DNA of 64,000 nt from Terriglobales bacterium (GTDB lineage: Bacteria > Acidobacteriota > Terriglobia > Terriglobales > Acidobacteriaceae), in assembly GCA_016201265.1 (NCBI GenBank), contig JACQDD010000210.1, positions 3,102 through 67,101 on the forward strand, given 5' to 3'. This document shows positions 35,296 through 44,111 of the stretch, piece by piece. Numbering within the stretch: the first letter of the stretch is position 1; every line of letters starts with the position of its first letter. The notes below the pieces were generated by a model. It was given only the letters and a program-made list of their open reading frames with translations, searched no databases and was not told the origin of the DNA. A program made the position numbers and the translations under genes.

Positions 35296-36354
35296 TCAGC
35301 TCGCGACCGCTTCGGAAGGAGCCTGCGCGTTGATTCTGGGCCGGGCCTGAAGCGGTACCCGCTCGCCTGTGAACTCCAGATGGCGTTTCTGCGCATAAAT
35401 CCACAGGTGCCAGCCCCAGCGTGAAGCAAGTCGGTCTTCGATCGAGTGCGGAAGCACCTTTCCGATGCCTGGCAGCCAATTTGGATTCCAGAACATTACT
35501 TCAGTCCTGATGTTCTGGAATTGCCAGAACATCCGTCGGGCCGACGCCCTTGAGAATACCTGCGAGAGTGGGTTATCGGGCCCGTCAGTATTTCGGTTGA
35601 GCATGTTCTGCATGTTGAGGTAGGAACCGGAGTCTTGCTTGATGAGCTCCGCGTGGCGCCGCAGTTCTTCCACCGGCTCCCCCCATATCATCTGCGCCAA
35701 CTTGAAGCCCACCTCAGTCTTCAACAGGCGTGCCCGGAAACGACGGACGACCCGCAGGTTGACCTGGTAGTTGAATGAATCGCGGTAGTACAGCATGATC
35801 ACGGCACGGCCCCCGGGAGCAAGCACGCGGTGAACCTCCTGGACGCTCCGGGCTGTGTCAGGCGTGTGGTGAAGTACGCCGTGGGAATATACGAGATCAA
35901 ACGAGCCGTTAGCAAAGGGCAGGTCTTCGGCATCGGCCTGGACAAAACGCCCTTCGAGTTTCTCCAACTGAAATCGCCGCTGCGTCAGGTTCACCGCTGC
36001 GTTGGTGAGATCGACAGCGGTGTAGTGTGCACCGGCACGCGCAAAGCGTTCGGCTTCGCTGCCACAGCCGCAGCCTACTTCAAGCACCCGCAAGCCTTTT
36101 GTTTTCTCGAACTCTACTGCCGAGTGCAACCGAGGGTGCATCTTATAGCGGTGCTCGTCGAGGGTCTTATAGAAGGCAGGGGTTCCTGGCTGCTCGGTGG
36201 TAAAGCATGAGTCACAAGGCGAGTTCTGCCAGAAATTCTGAACCTTTTTCTTGAAACTAAGCGAGTCTACCGATTGCTTCGTTCCGGCACTCGTCTGCGC
36301 ATTGCTTTGAATTTGGACGACTGGCGGTAGCTCCGCTTCGATGACCCGTACCAT
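35296..36354 (-). CDS. Class I SAM-dependent methyltransferase (Methyltransf_11-like)
   Basis: It has motif I VLEVGCGCGSEAERFA and motif II/III DLVYSHGVLHH. I prefer the ATG at 36354 (MVRVIEAE...); the track ORF extends to 36477. Confidence 0.8.
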   Translation of the reverse strand: MVRVIEAELPPVVQIQSNAQTSAGTKQSVDSLSFKKKVQNFWQNSPCDSCFTTEQPGTPAFYKTLDEHRYKMHPRLHSAVEFEKTKGLRVLEVGCGCGSEAERFARAGAHYTAVDLTNAAVNLTQRRFQLEKLEGRFVQADAEDLPFANGSFDLVYSHGVLHHTPDTARSVQEVHRVLAPGGRAVIMLYYRDSFNYQVNLRVVRRFRARLLKTEVGFKLAQMIWGEPVEELRRHAELIKQDSGSYLNMQNMLNRNTDGPDNPLSQVFSRASARRMFWQFQNIRTEVMFWNPNWLPGIGKVLPHSIEDRLASRWGWHLWIYAQKRHLEFTGERVPLQARPRINAQAPSEAVAS

Positions 36355-36505
36355 GGCACGCCCCCAAAAAGTCGGGATCCGGGTCGAACTACATTCTTGG
36401 GGGCCATGTTGCTCCCGGCGGCTCAGCCATGCTGTGACGCAGATCACATCACAACGTACAGGCAAATTTTCGCTCAAATGTCTGGAACGTTTCGTTCGGC
36501 CATGT

Positions 36506-37618
36506 TCACTCCACCATCTTGGCGACGTGCACCGGAAAGCCGGTCTTAGGCAACAACGAAATCAGTTCGAACACCTTGAAGCCGTTGCCGGTGATCTCGG
36601 TTTGCCGATACACGCCGGGCTCGGTATCGGCCGTTTCGTGGCGGCCCTGGAGGTCGTCCAGGAACTTCTGCGCCTGACGGGTGCTGGCTTCTCCAGCTTT
36701 GGCACGGGTCACCACCGCCTCGGTGGCATAAGAGCGCACCAGCTTCGGCCAGTACTTCTGGAGCAACTGGGTGCTGGCAAAGATGTCGGCCCAGACCACC
36801 TCGCCGTTCACGGCTACCACCACTCCGACAGCATTCTTGTCGCGCAACTGGCGAATCACGCTTTCGTAAGAGCGCTGCATCGGCGCAGCGACCGCATCAA
36901 CCTCTTTCTGAACTTCCTTGTTTCCCATGACGCGCGCGTAGGAGGTGGTGGAATTCACCTGGGGAGCAGCCCCGGTCACCTCGACCGTTTCCGCCATGGC
37001 ACGCTGCGACTTGCGGACTTCGTTCCAGACCTGCTGCTGGTCCTTGGCGGCCATCGCTTTGCTGCGCACGGCAGGAGAAGCGAGAAGCGCAAGGCCGCCG
37101 CTGGCCGAGTTGTCGAACTGGTATTTCCCGTTTGCCGGCACCCAGCGTCCGGGCTCAACACAGAAGACGCTCAGATCGACGGGGTCGCTTTCAGCAGGCA
37201 CAATGCGATCTTTGCCGATCACGCGATCCTGCTTGCCGCCAGTGACAATCTCTCCGGCAAGCAGCAGAAGCGGACGTTTAGAGTTGTTGACCAGTACGAG
37301 CTGGTTGACTTCGGCGTCGCGCACGGGACGAGGCGTAGGGCGGCCTCCAGGACGGCGTCGGATCAAGCCCTGCGCCTGTCCGGCCTCGGCCACCACGACT
37401 TCCCCGCTGCGCAGGCCCTCATCGAGGGTGAGAAACTGTCCCGTGTCGTACGACTTGCTGGCTACCACGGGAAAGACAGTCAGGTTGCCGCTGCGAATGG
37501 GATCGAGCAAAGCGTAACCAGACGTTTGAGTAACTTCGCCGGCGCGCACCCGACACGGAATGGCAACGACCGCCAGCACCAGCAAAGCAATTCCTGCAAC
37601 TGCCACGACTAAGCGCAT
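36506..37618 (-). CDS. Secreted/anchored protein; N-terminal half resembles the DUF6569 (ARPP-1-like) family (recalled from memory, unverified)
   Basis: The ATG at 37618 gives MRLVVAVAGIALLVLAVVAI. The motifs GNLTVFPVV, FLTLDEGLRSGEVVV, LLLLAGEIVTGGKQDRV and SVFCVEPGRW are present. Confidence 0.68.
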   Translation of the reverse strand: MRLVVAVAGIALLVLAVVAIPCRVRAGEVTQTSGYALLDPIRSGNLTVFPVVASKSYDTGQFLTLDEGLRSGEVVVAEAGQAQGLIRRRPGGRPTPRPVRDAEVNQLVLVNNSKRPLLLLAGEIVTGGKQDRVIGKDRIVPAESDPVDLSVFCVEPGRWVPANGKYQFDNSASGGLALLASPAVRSKAMAAKDQQQVWNEVRKSQRAMAETVEVTGAAPQVNSTTSYARVMGNKEVQKEVDAVAAPMQRSYESVIRQLRDKNAVGVVVAVNGEVVWADIFASTQLLQKYWPKLVRSYATEAVVTRAKAGEASTRQAQKFLDDLQGRHETADTEPGVYRQTEITGNGFKVFELISLLPKTGFPVHVAKMVE

Positions 37619-37803
37619 AGAGACCTCCGGGCAGAAAAGCACGAAAACCCGCGGTTCCCCGAATCCCACCCCAGCACGCCAAAATCGGGCGTGCCGGGGC
37701 CATGTGCAGGCCTTCCAGGAGGTTGCTTTCCTGCCTCGATAAGCGGAGAACGAGCGAATTTCGAGGTCTTGCGTCTAATAAATTGCTAGCATCTGAGAGG
37801 GAC

Positions 37804-38721
37804 ATGCCCGGACCCGCCCAACCCGGCTTAGGGGACAAGGAAGCGCACGCGCTGCACCAGCGCAGCGGGGCCGAGGCCTACGGTATGGACTGTGGGCAGT
37901 TTGCGGCCATCCTGCGCGAGATTCAGGACAAGTATCTGCCCCGGGCCTCGCCCGCCGAGGCCGCCGCTTTCTGCGCCGGTTTGCGCCTGGAGGAACTGGC
38001 CCTGGCACGCGCCTGCGCCGCCGGAAACGAACGCGCGTGGCAGGACTTCGTCAACCGCTACCAGCAAAAATTGCATGCCATGGCGCTGCATATCACGCGC
38101 GACGGCGTACATGCTTCGGAACTGGCCGATTCGCTGTTCGCCGACTTGTACGGCATGAATACGCGAGATGGAGTCCGCCACTCGAAGCTCCTCTTTTACA
38201 CCGGGCGCGGGTCGCTCGAAGGCTGGCTGCGCACGGTGATGGCGCAGGAATTCATCAACCGCTATCGCAAGCAGAAGCGTGTTGTCAGTCTTGACGAGCA
38301 GGAAGAAGAAGGTGTCCAGTTTACGGCCCGCAATCCCGAACCGGTGCTCACCGCAGATCCCCGGTTGGAGGCCGCAACTGACCAGGCCCTGGCCGAACTT
38401 TCGTCAGAGGACCGCTATGTGCTGGCGGCGTACTATTTGGACGGCCGCACCCTGGCCGAGATCGCGCGCGTGCTCGGACTGCACGAATCGAGCATCAGCC
38501 GGCGGCTGGATCGGGTCTCGACCGGGCTACGGAAGCGGATTCTGGCCTGCCTGCGGGAGCGCGGAATGAGCCATGCGCAGGCCACCGAAGCGCTGGAAAC
38601 CGACGTGCGGGACGTGCAGTTGGACCTCCGGACTCGCCTGGCGCAAGATTCCGGGGCGAAAGCGTTCCCTGGAGGAAAGGTCTCCGCGCCCGGAGCGGGC
38701 ACGGACGGAAGCCATGTCTGA
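37804..38721 (+). CDS. ECF-type RNA polymerase sigma-70 family factor with long N-terminal extension
   Basis: Region 2 is AWQDFVNRYQQKLHAMALHI...GSLEGWLRTVMAQEFINRYRK. Region 4 is LSSEDRYVLAAYYLDGRTLAEIARVLGLHESSISRRLDRV. About 70 aa lie ahead of region 2. Confidence 0.85.
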   Translation: MPGPAQPGLGDKEAHALHQRSGAEAYGMDCGQFAAILREIQDKYLPRASPAEAAAFCAGLRLEELALARACAAGNERAWQDFVNRYQQKLHAMALHITRDGVHASELADSLFADLYGMNTRDGVRHSKLLFYTGRGSLEGWLRTVMAQEFINRYRKQKRVVSLDEQEEEGVQFTARNPEPVLTADPRLEAATDQALAELSSEDRYVLAAYYLDGRTLAEIARVLGLHESSISRRLDRVSTGLRKRILACLRERGMSHAQATEALETDVRDVQLDLRTRLAQDSGAKAFPGGKVSAPGAGTDGSHV

Positions 38722-40000
38722 CGTCCCCAAAATCGTGTACGACCGCCTGCGGGCCGGCACCCCGGTCGGAGCGCATCCCGATGCGGATGTGCTCGCGGCT
38801 TTTGCCGAACAGGTTCTGCCGGCAGCGGAATGCGAGGACGTGGTGCAGCATCTGGCGCGCTGCCGGGATTGCCGCGAAGTCCTCGCGCTCAGCCTGCCTC
38901 CAATGGAAGCCGTAGCCAAACCTGAGGCGGATAGGGAGGTTGTGGCTGCGGTACCGGTGTCTGCGGGCCGGGCTAGCGCTGAACCGCGAAACTGGTTGGC
39001 CTGGACAAACCTGCGCTGGGCAGCTCTGGCTGCAGGCGTCGTGGTAGTAGCTTCGGTACTGATGCTGCGACCGGGGAAGCAGCCCGAGTCCATGGTCGCA
39101 ACTGTAAACCGGCAGGCTGAGAACGCCGTGCCGGCTACTTCTGACGCCAAGCCGACCGTGTCTTCAGCCGACCAGCCTGCGGAGTCCGCGGCGGCCAAAG
39201 CGGTGAAACCGGATACCTCAATACTGCGCGAAAGGCCCGTGCTTGGAATGGTGGAATCCCCGCCTGCGCGCACGCAGACACCGGCGCTCCCGGCCGCATC
39301 CGGGGCTCTGGCAGATAACAAACGCGTGGATGCGTTGGCGCTGGACAAGCGGGCCGCGAAAATCCCGGCAGCTCCGGCCGTCAGCGCAAGCGGCGGGATC
39401 GCAGCGCCTGAGCACGTTGGAGTCTCTTCCGAGACGGTTGAAGTCACCAACGAAGCTGCCTCCATGGCCCAGGCCGCGCCCGCGCAAAACAGACTGATGG
39501 CCCGAAGCGAGCTCTCGGCCCCGATTCAGAAGGCGAAAGTCGCAACCAAGGAAGAGACAGAGCTGAAAGCCCAGACCAAGGACGCCGAGGCGCAGAAAAA
39601 ACAACTGAAGAGCGCCATCGCGGCCCCGGACAGGGCATTTGGCGCACGCAAACTGCAATCAAAGGATGTGGCGGCCCAGTGGAACTTCGCGCAAGGCATG
39701 CTGAGGCGCTCGCTGGACGGAGGCGCGAGCTGGCAGACCACTCTGCAACTGGACCGTCCACTGCTCTGCTTCGGTGCCCAGGGGAGCGATGTCTGGGCTG
39801 GTGGCCAAGCCGGCACTCTGTTCCACTCCTCGGACGGCGGCACGACCTGGGTCCAGGTACAACCGTCCACGAAAGCCGAGTCGCTCAGCACCGATATCGT
39901 GGCGATCGAAATTCGTGGTCCGGCAGAGATCGTCCTTTCCACCAGCACCAAGGAATCATGGACTACCGCCGACGGCGGCAAAACCTGGGAGAAAAAGTGA
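38714..40000 (+). CDS. Anti-sigma factor (zf-HC2, one TM) with an extracytoplasmic BNR/Ycf48-like partial propeller
   Basis: The ATG at 38714 overlaps the sigma-factor stop (ATGTCTGA). It has the HLARCRDC motif (H-x3-C-x2-C), the TM segment WAALAAGVVVVASVLML, and the C-terminal Asp-boxes SLDGGASW, SSDGGTTW and TADGGKTW. Confidence 0.75.
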   Translation: MSDVPKIVYDRLRAGTPVGAHPDADVLAAFAEQVLPAAECEDVVQHLARCRDCREVLALSLPPMEAVAKPEADREVVAAVPVSAGRASAEPRNWLAWTNLRWAALAAGVVVVASVLMLRPGKQPESMVATVNRQAENAVPATSDAKPTVSSADQPAESAAAKAVKPDTSILRERPVLGMVESPPARTQTPALPAASGALADNKRVDALALDKRAAKIPAAPAVSASGGIAAPEHVGVSSETVEVTNEAASMAQAAPAQNRLMARSELSAPIQKAKVATKEETELKAQTKDAEAQKKQLKSAIAAPDRAFGARKLQSKDVAAQWNFAQGMLRRSLDGGASWQTTLQLDRPLLCFGAQGSDVWAGGQAGTLFHSSDGGTTWVQVQPSTKAESLSTDIVAIEIRGPAEIVLSTSTKESWTTADGGKTWEKK

Positions 40001-40932
40001 TCCGAGCGCTGCGGTTGCTGTCTCTCCTGGCCGTACTTGCGGGCGTCAGTGTGGCGCAGCAATCCGGAGAGCCGATCCGTCCGGAATGGTGCCGTCAACT
40101 TCCGCGGCCGGAGTACAAGACACTTGAGCGCGTTCTAGACAATGAGCCCTGGTTTGAGATCTACCGCATCCGGCCGGGCGTATTCGCCATCTACGAGCCG
40201 AAACAGTTTGAAGAAGTCATCTCCTATCTGATTCTGGGCGAAAAACGCGCGCTCTTGTTCGACACCGGCCTGGGCGTGGGAAAGATCAGCGCGGTTGTTG
40301 CCCGGCTGACGCCGCTGCCCGTCTCAGTGATCAATTCGCATACTCATTTCGATCATGTCGGCGGCAATGCCGAGTTCCAGGAGATCTGGAATCGCGATCT
40401 GCTTTACACGCGAAAGAACATGCGTGGTCAGAGCAACATCTACTTGCGCGATGCGCTCGCGCCTGAACGTCTGTGCGGAGCGCTTCCGGCGGGTGCGAGC
40501 GCGAAGTCATACTCGATTCGACCATGGAAGAGCGCGCACACTTTGCGGGACAGCGAGAGGTTTGACCTCGGCGGCCGCGTGGTGGAAGTCCTCTTCACTC
40601 CCGGACACACGCCGGACTCTCTTTCCCTGCTCGATCGCAGAAATGGACTGCTCTTCACTGGCGACACCTTCTATCCCGGTCCGATTTACCTCTTCGTTCC
40701 GGAGACCGACTTCGCCGCTTACGTGCGGTCGGTTGAGCGGCTGGCTGCGCTCGAGCCACAGATCAAGCTGCTGCTACCGGCGCACAACGTGCCGGTGGCT
40801 GAGCCGGTTTTTCTGAAACGCCTTGCCGAAGCAGTCGAACTTGTGAAAAACGGCAAGGCCAAGCCCCAGGTAACCGAAGGCCACCGCGAATACCTCTTCG
40901 ATGGCTTTTCCCTTTTACTTTCAGGTAAATAG
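39997..40932 (+). CDS. Secreted MBL-fold metallo-hydrolase
   Basis: The GTG at 39997 overlaps the anti-sigma stop (GTGA) and gives the signal peptide VIRALRLLSLLAVLAGVSVAQQ. It has NSHTHFDHVGGN (HxHxDH) and FTPGHTPDS. Confidence 0.85.
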   Translation: MIRALRLLSLLAVLAGVSVAQQSGEPIRPEWCRQLPRPEYKTLERVLDNEPWFEIYRIRPGVFAIYEPKQFEEVISYLILGEKRALLFDTGLGVGKISAVVARLTPLPVSVINSHTHFDHVGGNAEFQEIWNRDLLYTRKNMRGQSNIYLRDALAPERLCGALPAGASAKSYSIRPWKSAHTLRDSERFDLGGRVVEVLFTPGHTPDSLSLLDRRNGLLFTGDTFYPGPIYLFVPETDFAAYVRSVERLAALEPQIKLLLPAHNVPVAEPVFLKRLAEAVELVKNGKAKPQVTEGHREYLFDGFSLLLSGK

Positions 40933-41086
40933 AGCCGCCCTGACCGGCGTTTCCGCGGTTACGGCCGGTGCTCGCACGTTCGGTACTGTTATCCACGATG
41001 ACGTTACGGAAGTGACATTTACAGTTGGGCCAACCGGACATAGGATGAGCACGTGGTTTGGCAGACCTGGGGGAGGGCTGCCAGAG

Positions 41087-41120
41087 GCGTCTTGAGCGTT
41101 TTCGCTCAAGGCGCTTTTTT
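41087..41120. terminator. Terminator hairpin between the convergent MBL and GH144 genes (T-run on the + strand only)
   Basis: GCGTCTTGAGCG-tttt-CGCTCAAGGCGC followed by TTTTTT. The stem is 12 bp with one G:T pair. Confidence 0.8.
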
Positions 41121-41142
41121 ATTGGCTGGAGAACGTTGGGGA

Positions 41143-42471
41143 CTACTGCAGCTTTACCGCCTGAAAGGCGTTCTGGACTTCCGGGTTTGTCATGAAGGTA
41201 TTCCAGACGAACTTGGTGCGCTGATTCTCTGCCATCAGCATGGTGATCCCCACATCGATTCCGATCACGTCGGGATCGTACCACCCCTTCAGCGGATTGA
41301 AGGCATCCACAAATCCATAACGCTGCCAGGCCTTCGGATACTTCGTGCGGATGTTCCGCAGCACGGCCAAACAGTCACTGGCCGCAAAAGCGAGAGAGCC
41401 GCCAGTAGCGCAGGGCACGATGCTGCCGTCGATCGGCCCCATGGAAGGCGGCCCACCCCAGGCGACGTATCCCTGGGCTGAATCCGATGACGTGATGCCC
41501 CACAGGTTCGGCTGGTAATCCGAGAACTGGCTCTGCAGCGAAAGGCAGAACAGTTTGTGCGCCTGCGTCGCGGTCACGGAGTTGTTGAAATAATTCGTGT
41601 ATTTGTCGGTCTTGTTCCGGAAGTCGAACCAAGCGTGGGAAAACTGGTGAATAAAGAGAGGGGCGCTCATGTTCGTGATGTAAGTGAGCCCCTGATAGGT
41701 GAGAGTTGGCCGCGCAAACGCATCCCAGGAGGAAGCCGGAACGGGGTTGGTTGGAGAACCAATGGCCAGCAGGTAGATCATCATCAGCTCGCTATAAGTG
41801 TCCCAGCGGCTGGTGATGAAGCCGTTCTCGGGAGTCCACCCCATGGAAAAAGCCGCGCCCCCGTTGAGCATCCAGGGCCAGTTCACGCGGTTGTAGATCT
41901 GGGTGGCGAGGCTCTGAATCTGCGCATCCTGAAAATATTGCCGGCAGGTGAGCACGCCGCAAAGCAGGATCGAGGTATCAATGGAAGAGAGTTCGCTGTT
42001 AAACGCGCGGGCTCCCGTGTTCATGTCGATGAAGTGATAGCAAAAACCGTTGACGTTGGTGAGTTGATTGAGCAAAAAGTCGAGCGTGGTCGCGACCCGG
42101 GACTTGATCTGCGCGGCGTCGCCGTAACTGCGCTTATGAGCGATGCACAATGCGGTCAATCCGAATCCTGTGGCCGCGATGCTGGATACGGTGCGGCTGT
42201 CGTTGCCGGCGGCGAGCGCCCGGTCTTTCACCTGCCCGGTCGCAGGGCTGGCTTGTTCCCAGAAAAACTGAAAAATAGCGCGCTGGATTTGATCCAGAAA
42301 TTCGTCATCCGACACGGGCGGAGGTGGAGGCGGAGGACCGGCCGAACCCCCTCCACCGCACGAGACCAGCGCCATGGCGAAGTTCAGGGCGGGATAGGCC
42401 ATCGCGGCCCGGGCCGAATATCCCAACAGTTCGCGGCGGGCGAGCGGACGAGTCAACAGCAGCGGTTTCAT
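41143..42471 (-). CDS. Glucoamylase-like (alpha/alpha)6 glycoside hydrolase, GH144 / DUF3131-like (endo-beta-1,2-glucanase family) lipoprotein
   Basis: 442 aa. It has a Tat-like RRELL plus the lipobox ALVSC. The motifs FFWEQASPATGQVKDR, SIAATGFGLTAL, YHFIDMNTG, FSMGWTPENGF, WGITSSDS and GIDVGITMLMAEN are characteristic of this family as I recall it. Confidence 0.75.
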   Translation of the reverse strand: MKPLLLTRPLARRELLGYSARAAMAYPALNFAMALVSCGGGGSAGPPPPPPPVSDDEFLDQIQRAIFQFFWEQASPATGQVKDRALAAGNDSRTVSSIAATGFGLTALCIAHKRSYGDAAQIKSRVATTLDFLLNQLTNVNGFCYHFIDMNTGARAFNSELSSIDTSILLCGVLTCRQYFQDAQIQSLATQIYNRVNWPWMLNGGAAFSMGWTPENGFITSRWDTYSELMMIYLLAIGSPTNPVPASSWDAFARPTLTYQGLTYITNMSAPLFIHQFSHAWFDFRNKTDKYTNYFNNSVTATQAHKLFCLSLQSQFSDYQPNLWGITSSDSAQGYVAWGGPPSMGPIDGSIVPCATGGSLAFAASDCLAVLRNIRTKYPKAWQRYGFVDAFNPLKGWYDPDVIGIDVGITMLMAENQRTKFVWNTFMTNPEVQNAFQAVKLQ

Positions 42472-42493
42472 AGGTATCTCAACCCTGGCCCGT

Positions 42494-44020
42494 CTAACGA
42501 CCGTTCTTCAGTTCCAGCAGCACGAGTCCGTGGGCCGGGATCTCGATCGTGAGCGATCCATTTCTGAGCTCGTAAGTCTGCGGCGCCGGGAGTTGGGCCG
42601 CACTGCGCAGCTGGCGGATCTGCGCCTCCGTAGGATAGCGCGGCGAACCCATGGCTTGGTAGGCGGTGTGAACATTCCCGTTCACCGAATCTACTCGCGA
42701 CACCTGCACGCGGGAGGGGCCGGCTCCGCGGAAGGCAAATCTCACTTCCTGCGGCGCGCCCGGGAGCCCCGGCGGCGCCATGTTCCAGGCGGCAACCACC
42801 AGCGTGCCGTCCTTGCGGCGGGTGACCAGGGCAGACTCGGAGGCCAGCGCCAGGCGCTCGTCTCCGAGCCCGTGGAGCAGCCGGAACACGTTGTACGCCG
42901 GCTTCGGGATCCCCCTCTCGGCGATCAGGCCAAAGCCGCCGTAGAACGGCTGCTTGACCACTCCCTGTTCTTCGAATACGTCGGAGAATGTCCAGTACGA
43001 CATCTCGTCGACCAGGCCGTCGCACTGGCGGATGGTGTCGGCCAGCCACGGTCCCATGTACGCCGTGTCCGTCACTTCCGGTTCGTTCATGTAGCTGGCG
43101 TTGAATTCACTCCAGAATAGAGGCAGGTTGGGCATGGCCGATGCTTTGATCTGCTCATGAACCTTGCTCACGGCCCGGCATACCATGCGGTCGCGCGGGA
43201 TCGTTTCGTGGGTTCCAAAAACGTCTTCCGACTTGTCGTTCCCATACACGTGCGAGGAGACGAAGTCGACAGGAACATTGTTGTCTGCACAGTGTTTGAT
43301 GAAAACGTCGGCCCAAGCCGCCTGTGCGGTTGACGGCCCGCCGACGCGCAGCCGGGGGCTCACTGCTTTGATGGCCCGCGCGGTGTGGTCGTACAACTCA
43401 AAATATGTTGCTTGCCGCGGATCGCCTCCCCAGAAATCAAGGTTGGGCTCGTTCCAGACCTCGAAGTACCACTTGGAAACTTCGTCGATCCCGTAGCGGT
43501 CGACCAGATGTTTCATAAGTTGAGTAATCAGGTCGTCCCACTTGCCGTAGTCCTTGGGTGGCGCGACATTCTGCTTGTACCAGAAGGCATGAAAAATCTG
43601 ACTCGCGGCCAGCTTCTTCGGCATGAAGCTGATCTCGACAAACGGCCGCACGCCATTGGCCAGCAGGCCATCGTAAACCTGGTCCACGTAGGAGAAGTTG
43701 TAAATCGGCTGCTCTTGTGGGTCCTCGTCGTAGACGCCCATCTCGTCGTGAAAGAGCGCGTGGAAGCGGACGTACTGCATGTCGGTGATCTGCTTGACCT
43801 CGCGCAGATCCTGGCGGTAGCTGTCCCGCAATGAGAGGACGGCGCGCCCGGAGCCGAACATGTGCTCCCAGAAGTGGGGGAAGGGGTGGGCGGGGGCATG
43901 AGCGTCGATCACCACAGTCGGCCCGGAAACGGCCTGCGCCGCCCCGATCCGAGGCATCAGCAAAGGGAGCAGCAAACTTAGAAAAACAATTATGTAAAAG
44001 ACCCGCTCGCGATTCTTCAT
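42494..44020 (-). CDS. Glycoside hydrolase family 39 (beta-xylosidase-like), secreted
   Basis: The ATG at 44020 gives MKNRERVFYIIVFLSLLLPLLM. It has FWEHMFGSGRA, YVRFHALFHD, the acid/base region WYFEVWNEPNL, and the nucleophile region LFWSEFN. Confidence 0.83.
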   Translation of the reverse strand: MKNRERVFYIIVFLSLLLPLLMPRIGAAQAVSGPTVVIDAHAPAHPFPHFWEHMFGSGRAVLSLRDSYRQDLREVKQITDMQYVRFHALFHDEMGVYDEDPQEQPIYNFSYVDQVYDGLLANGVRPFVEISFMPKKLAASQIFHAFWYKQNVAPPKDYGKWDDLITQLMKHLVDRYGIDEVSKWYFEVWNEPNLDFWGGDPRQATYFELYDHTARAIKAVSPRLRVGGPSTAQAAWADVFIKHCADNNVPVDFVSSHVYGNDKSEDVFGTHETIPRDRMVCRAVSKVHEQIKASAMPNLPLFWSEFNASYMNEPEVTDTAYMGPWLADTIRQCDGLVDEMSYWTFSDVFEEQGVVKQPFYGGFGLIAERGIPKPAYNVFRLLHGLGDERLALASESALVTRRKDGTLVVAAWNMAPPGLPGAPQEVRFAFRGAGPSRVQVSRVDSVNGNVHTAYQAMGSPRYPTEAQIRQLRSAAQLPAPQTYELRNGSLTIEIPAHGLVLLELKNGR

Positions 44021-44111
44021 CCTCGATCCTTGCCTGTGGGGTCCGGACGAGAGGCTCTGCGGGGAGCCCCTCATCCGATTCTAAGGTCTTGCGTGAGGCA
44101 GGTTCCTTCAA

